Assembly: GCA_051047955.1 (NCBI GenBank)
Contig: JBPGPT010000023.1
Location: 1-64,000 of the forward strand
Reading direction: 5' to 3'
Length of the DNA: 64,000 nt
Source: Cystobasidiomycetes sp. EMM_F5
Taxonomy: Eukaryota
In this document: positions 62,710-64,000 of the stretch, piece after piece
Layout: each line of letters begins with the position of its first letter
Position numbering within the stretch: the first letter of the stretch is position 1
Translations under genes and position numbers: made by a program
Notes under the pieces: generated by a model
Database searches by the model: none
Seen by the model: the letters and a program-made list of their open reading frames with translations, nothing else
Told to the model about the DNA's origin: nothing

Positions 62710-63474
62710 ATGATGCATGCCTCGCCAAATACCATCCTCGCCCTCTTACTCTGCGTAAATCTCAAACTCATCTATGCCCAGATGTCTGGCCAACCTGCGC
62801 CAACTTACAACAATTACACATGTATGGCGAACCAGACCGTTGTTTATGGAGAACAGTTTTGGACGATACCCAACGGAACGTTTCCTACGGCCGTTACGTT
62901 CATAAGCAATTTTTGCGGGGCCTCGTAGGTTCTTTGCGTGGTTTCGTTGAGCAAAAAGCATCTCTAACGGCATCAATCACATAACTAGAATCGGAAACAC
63001 ATCGCTGAACTGCACCGGTAGTGGTCTCCTCGGGTCGACGCGCAAAGTCCGACAAGCGAACGGGAATTATATCAAGGAAACCCTGTTGAATTTGACCGTC
63101 AGGCCGTACGATGGAATGTTGGAGCAGACAGTGTGAGTGACCTGGCTCTCGCATCTCACGAGGAACTAATCGTTCAGCACAGCACCTCCGTCGAGGCAAA
63201 CACGATCGATATGTCGACCTTCAATTATACGGACTACTCTCATCTAAGTGTAATACAAGTCTACAAACAGGTGCGTTGTCTCGGCAGACTTGGTCGGATG
63301 ATGCTCGACTGAAGTAGCAATATGCAGAACGGTAGCGCGATTCCGCAGATGAAGATGTGGACGAATCGTTGTGTTAACAATGCAACGCAAGGCAATATCA
63401 GTGTCGCAGCGCTGTTACAAAAGGCAGAGGCATACTATGTTGCAGCCATCAGCAACGCGACAGCAAGCGCTTGA
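62710..63474 (+). CDS. Secreted, heavily N-glycosylated small protein, SRPBCC/Bet v1-like
   Basis: Signal peptide ILALLLCVNLKLIYA; the spliced model contains NCTGSGLLGSTRKVRQANGNYIKETLL and many N-x-S/T sequons. Confidence 0.6.
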
Positions 63475-63700
63475 AGCAATACGCATTGCGGGATAGGGCG
63501 TACGCGTGTCCGCCTAGCCGTGTTGTATCGTCCATCGTCATGAAATAGCCACGATCGAAGCGTCTAATACCTATGTCGATGAACAGCAAAAGTTGAACCC
63601 TGGCAATGAATGTCCTGCCTTTCTCTACCCGATCGGCACGACTAGGCCTCGAGCTTGATGCTAAGCTAAGAGCTTGTTGTTCGCTCTGCACCAATACTGG

Positions 63701-64000
63701 TCATAATCTGCCCTCGTTCATTGTCGGCGTTGAAGTGCCTGATGCAACGTTTGGGAGCGATATATTGCGCCAGGCTTCGGAGTCTTCGTCATCGATACTG
63801 TCAAACAGGGCCTTGAAGAAATTGCGGAAGTTGGCCTTGCTCGGAACGTAATGACCTTTGCAACATGCTGTTTAGTAAGTTCTCAGAAGCCGTATGCTGT
63901 GAAGCCTCACCACCATCATGGATCTCCACTCGAGGCGATTGAAAGCGGTCGACAAGGGTCTGTGAGCGTTCTGCAGGGCGGTCAGCACGAAACTGTAGAA
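63701..64000 (-). CDS. FSH1/OVCA2-family serine hydrolase, 3' end only
   Basis: Spliced ERSQTLVDRFQSPRVEIHDG|GHYVPSKANFRNFFKALF..; HxGGHxVP is the catalytic His motif. Confidence 0.8.

Noticed and set aside
1..64000. Functional gene cluster (trafficking, chromatin, RNP assembly) or mating-type locus
   Set aside because: The housekeeping mix is expected in a compact genome, and I saw no pheromone receptor, homeodomain or secondary-metabolite backbone gene.

Overview
Gene-dense eukaryotic DNA from a basidiomycete fungus, probably a yeast; Pucciniomycotina is my best guess from gene content and intron style, not a demonstrated placement. Introns are mostly 50-70 nt with GTRAGT/GTGCGT/GTACGT donors, CTGAC/CTAAC-type branch points and YAG acceptors. 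I assembled 28 spliced protein-coding genes by eye: NUFIP1/Rsa1-like (partial), SEC31, AAR2, RPS29, RPS16, an aldo-keto reductase, RFC1, an RNase III/dsRBD protein, a peroxisomal acyl-CoA synthetase, a SWI1-like protein, a GT47 exostosin, RPA12, EMI1, RSC1/2-like, ATG16, TRS85, REV3, ERV46, an SDR, UTP18, COX VIIc, SWC4, a BTB protein, an F-box protein, two tandem small stress-protein paralogs, a secreted SRPBCC-like protein and an FSH1 hydrolase (partial). I recognised no tRNA, rRNA, snRNA, transposon or CRISPR. The best candidate for something new is a protein with one RNase III domain (catalytic motifs intact), three divergent dsRBD-like modules and GW-containing linkers, possibly a non-canonical Dicer-like enzyme. 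Also notable: SEC31 apparently lacks its C-terminal helical domain, the SWI1-like protein has no visible ARID domain, a plant-like GT47 is present, the long RPS16 intron looks structured, and the tandem paralogs share an identical 27-aa core but differ in intron positions. Exon boundaries and family assignments are manual, without database searches.
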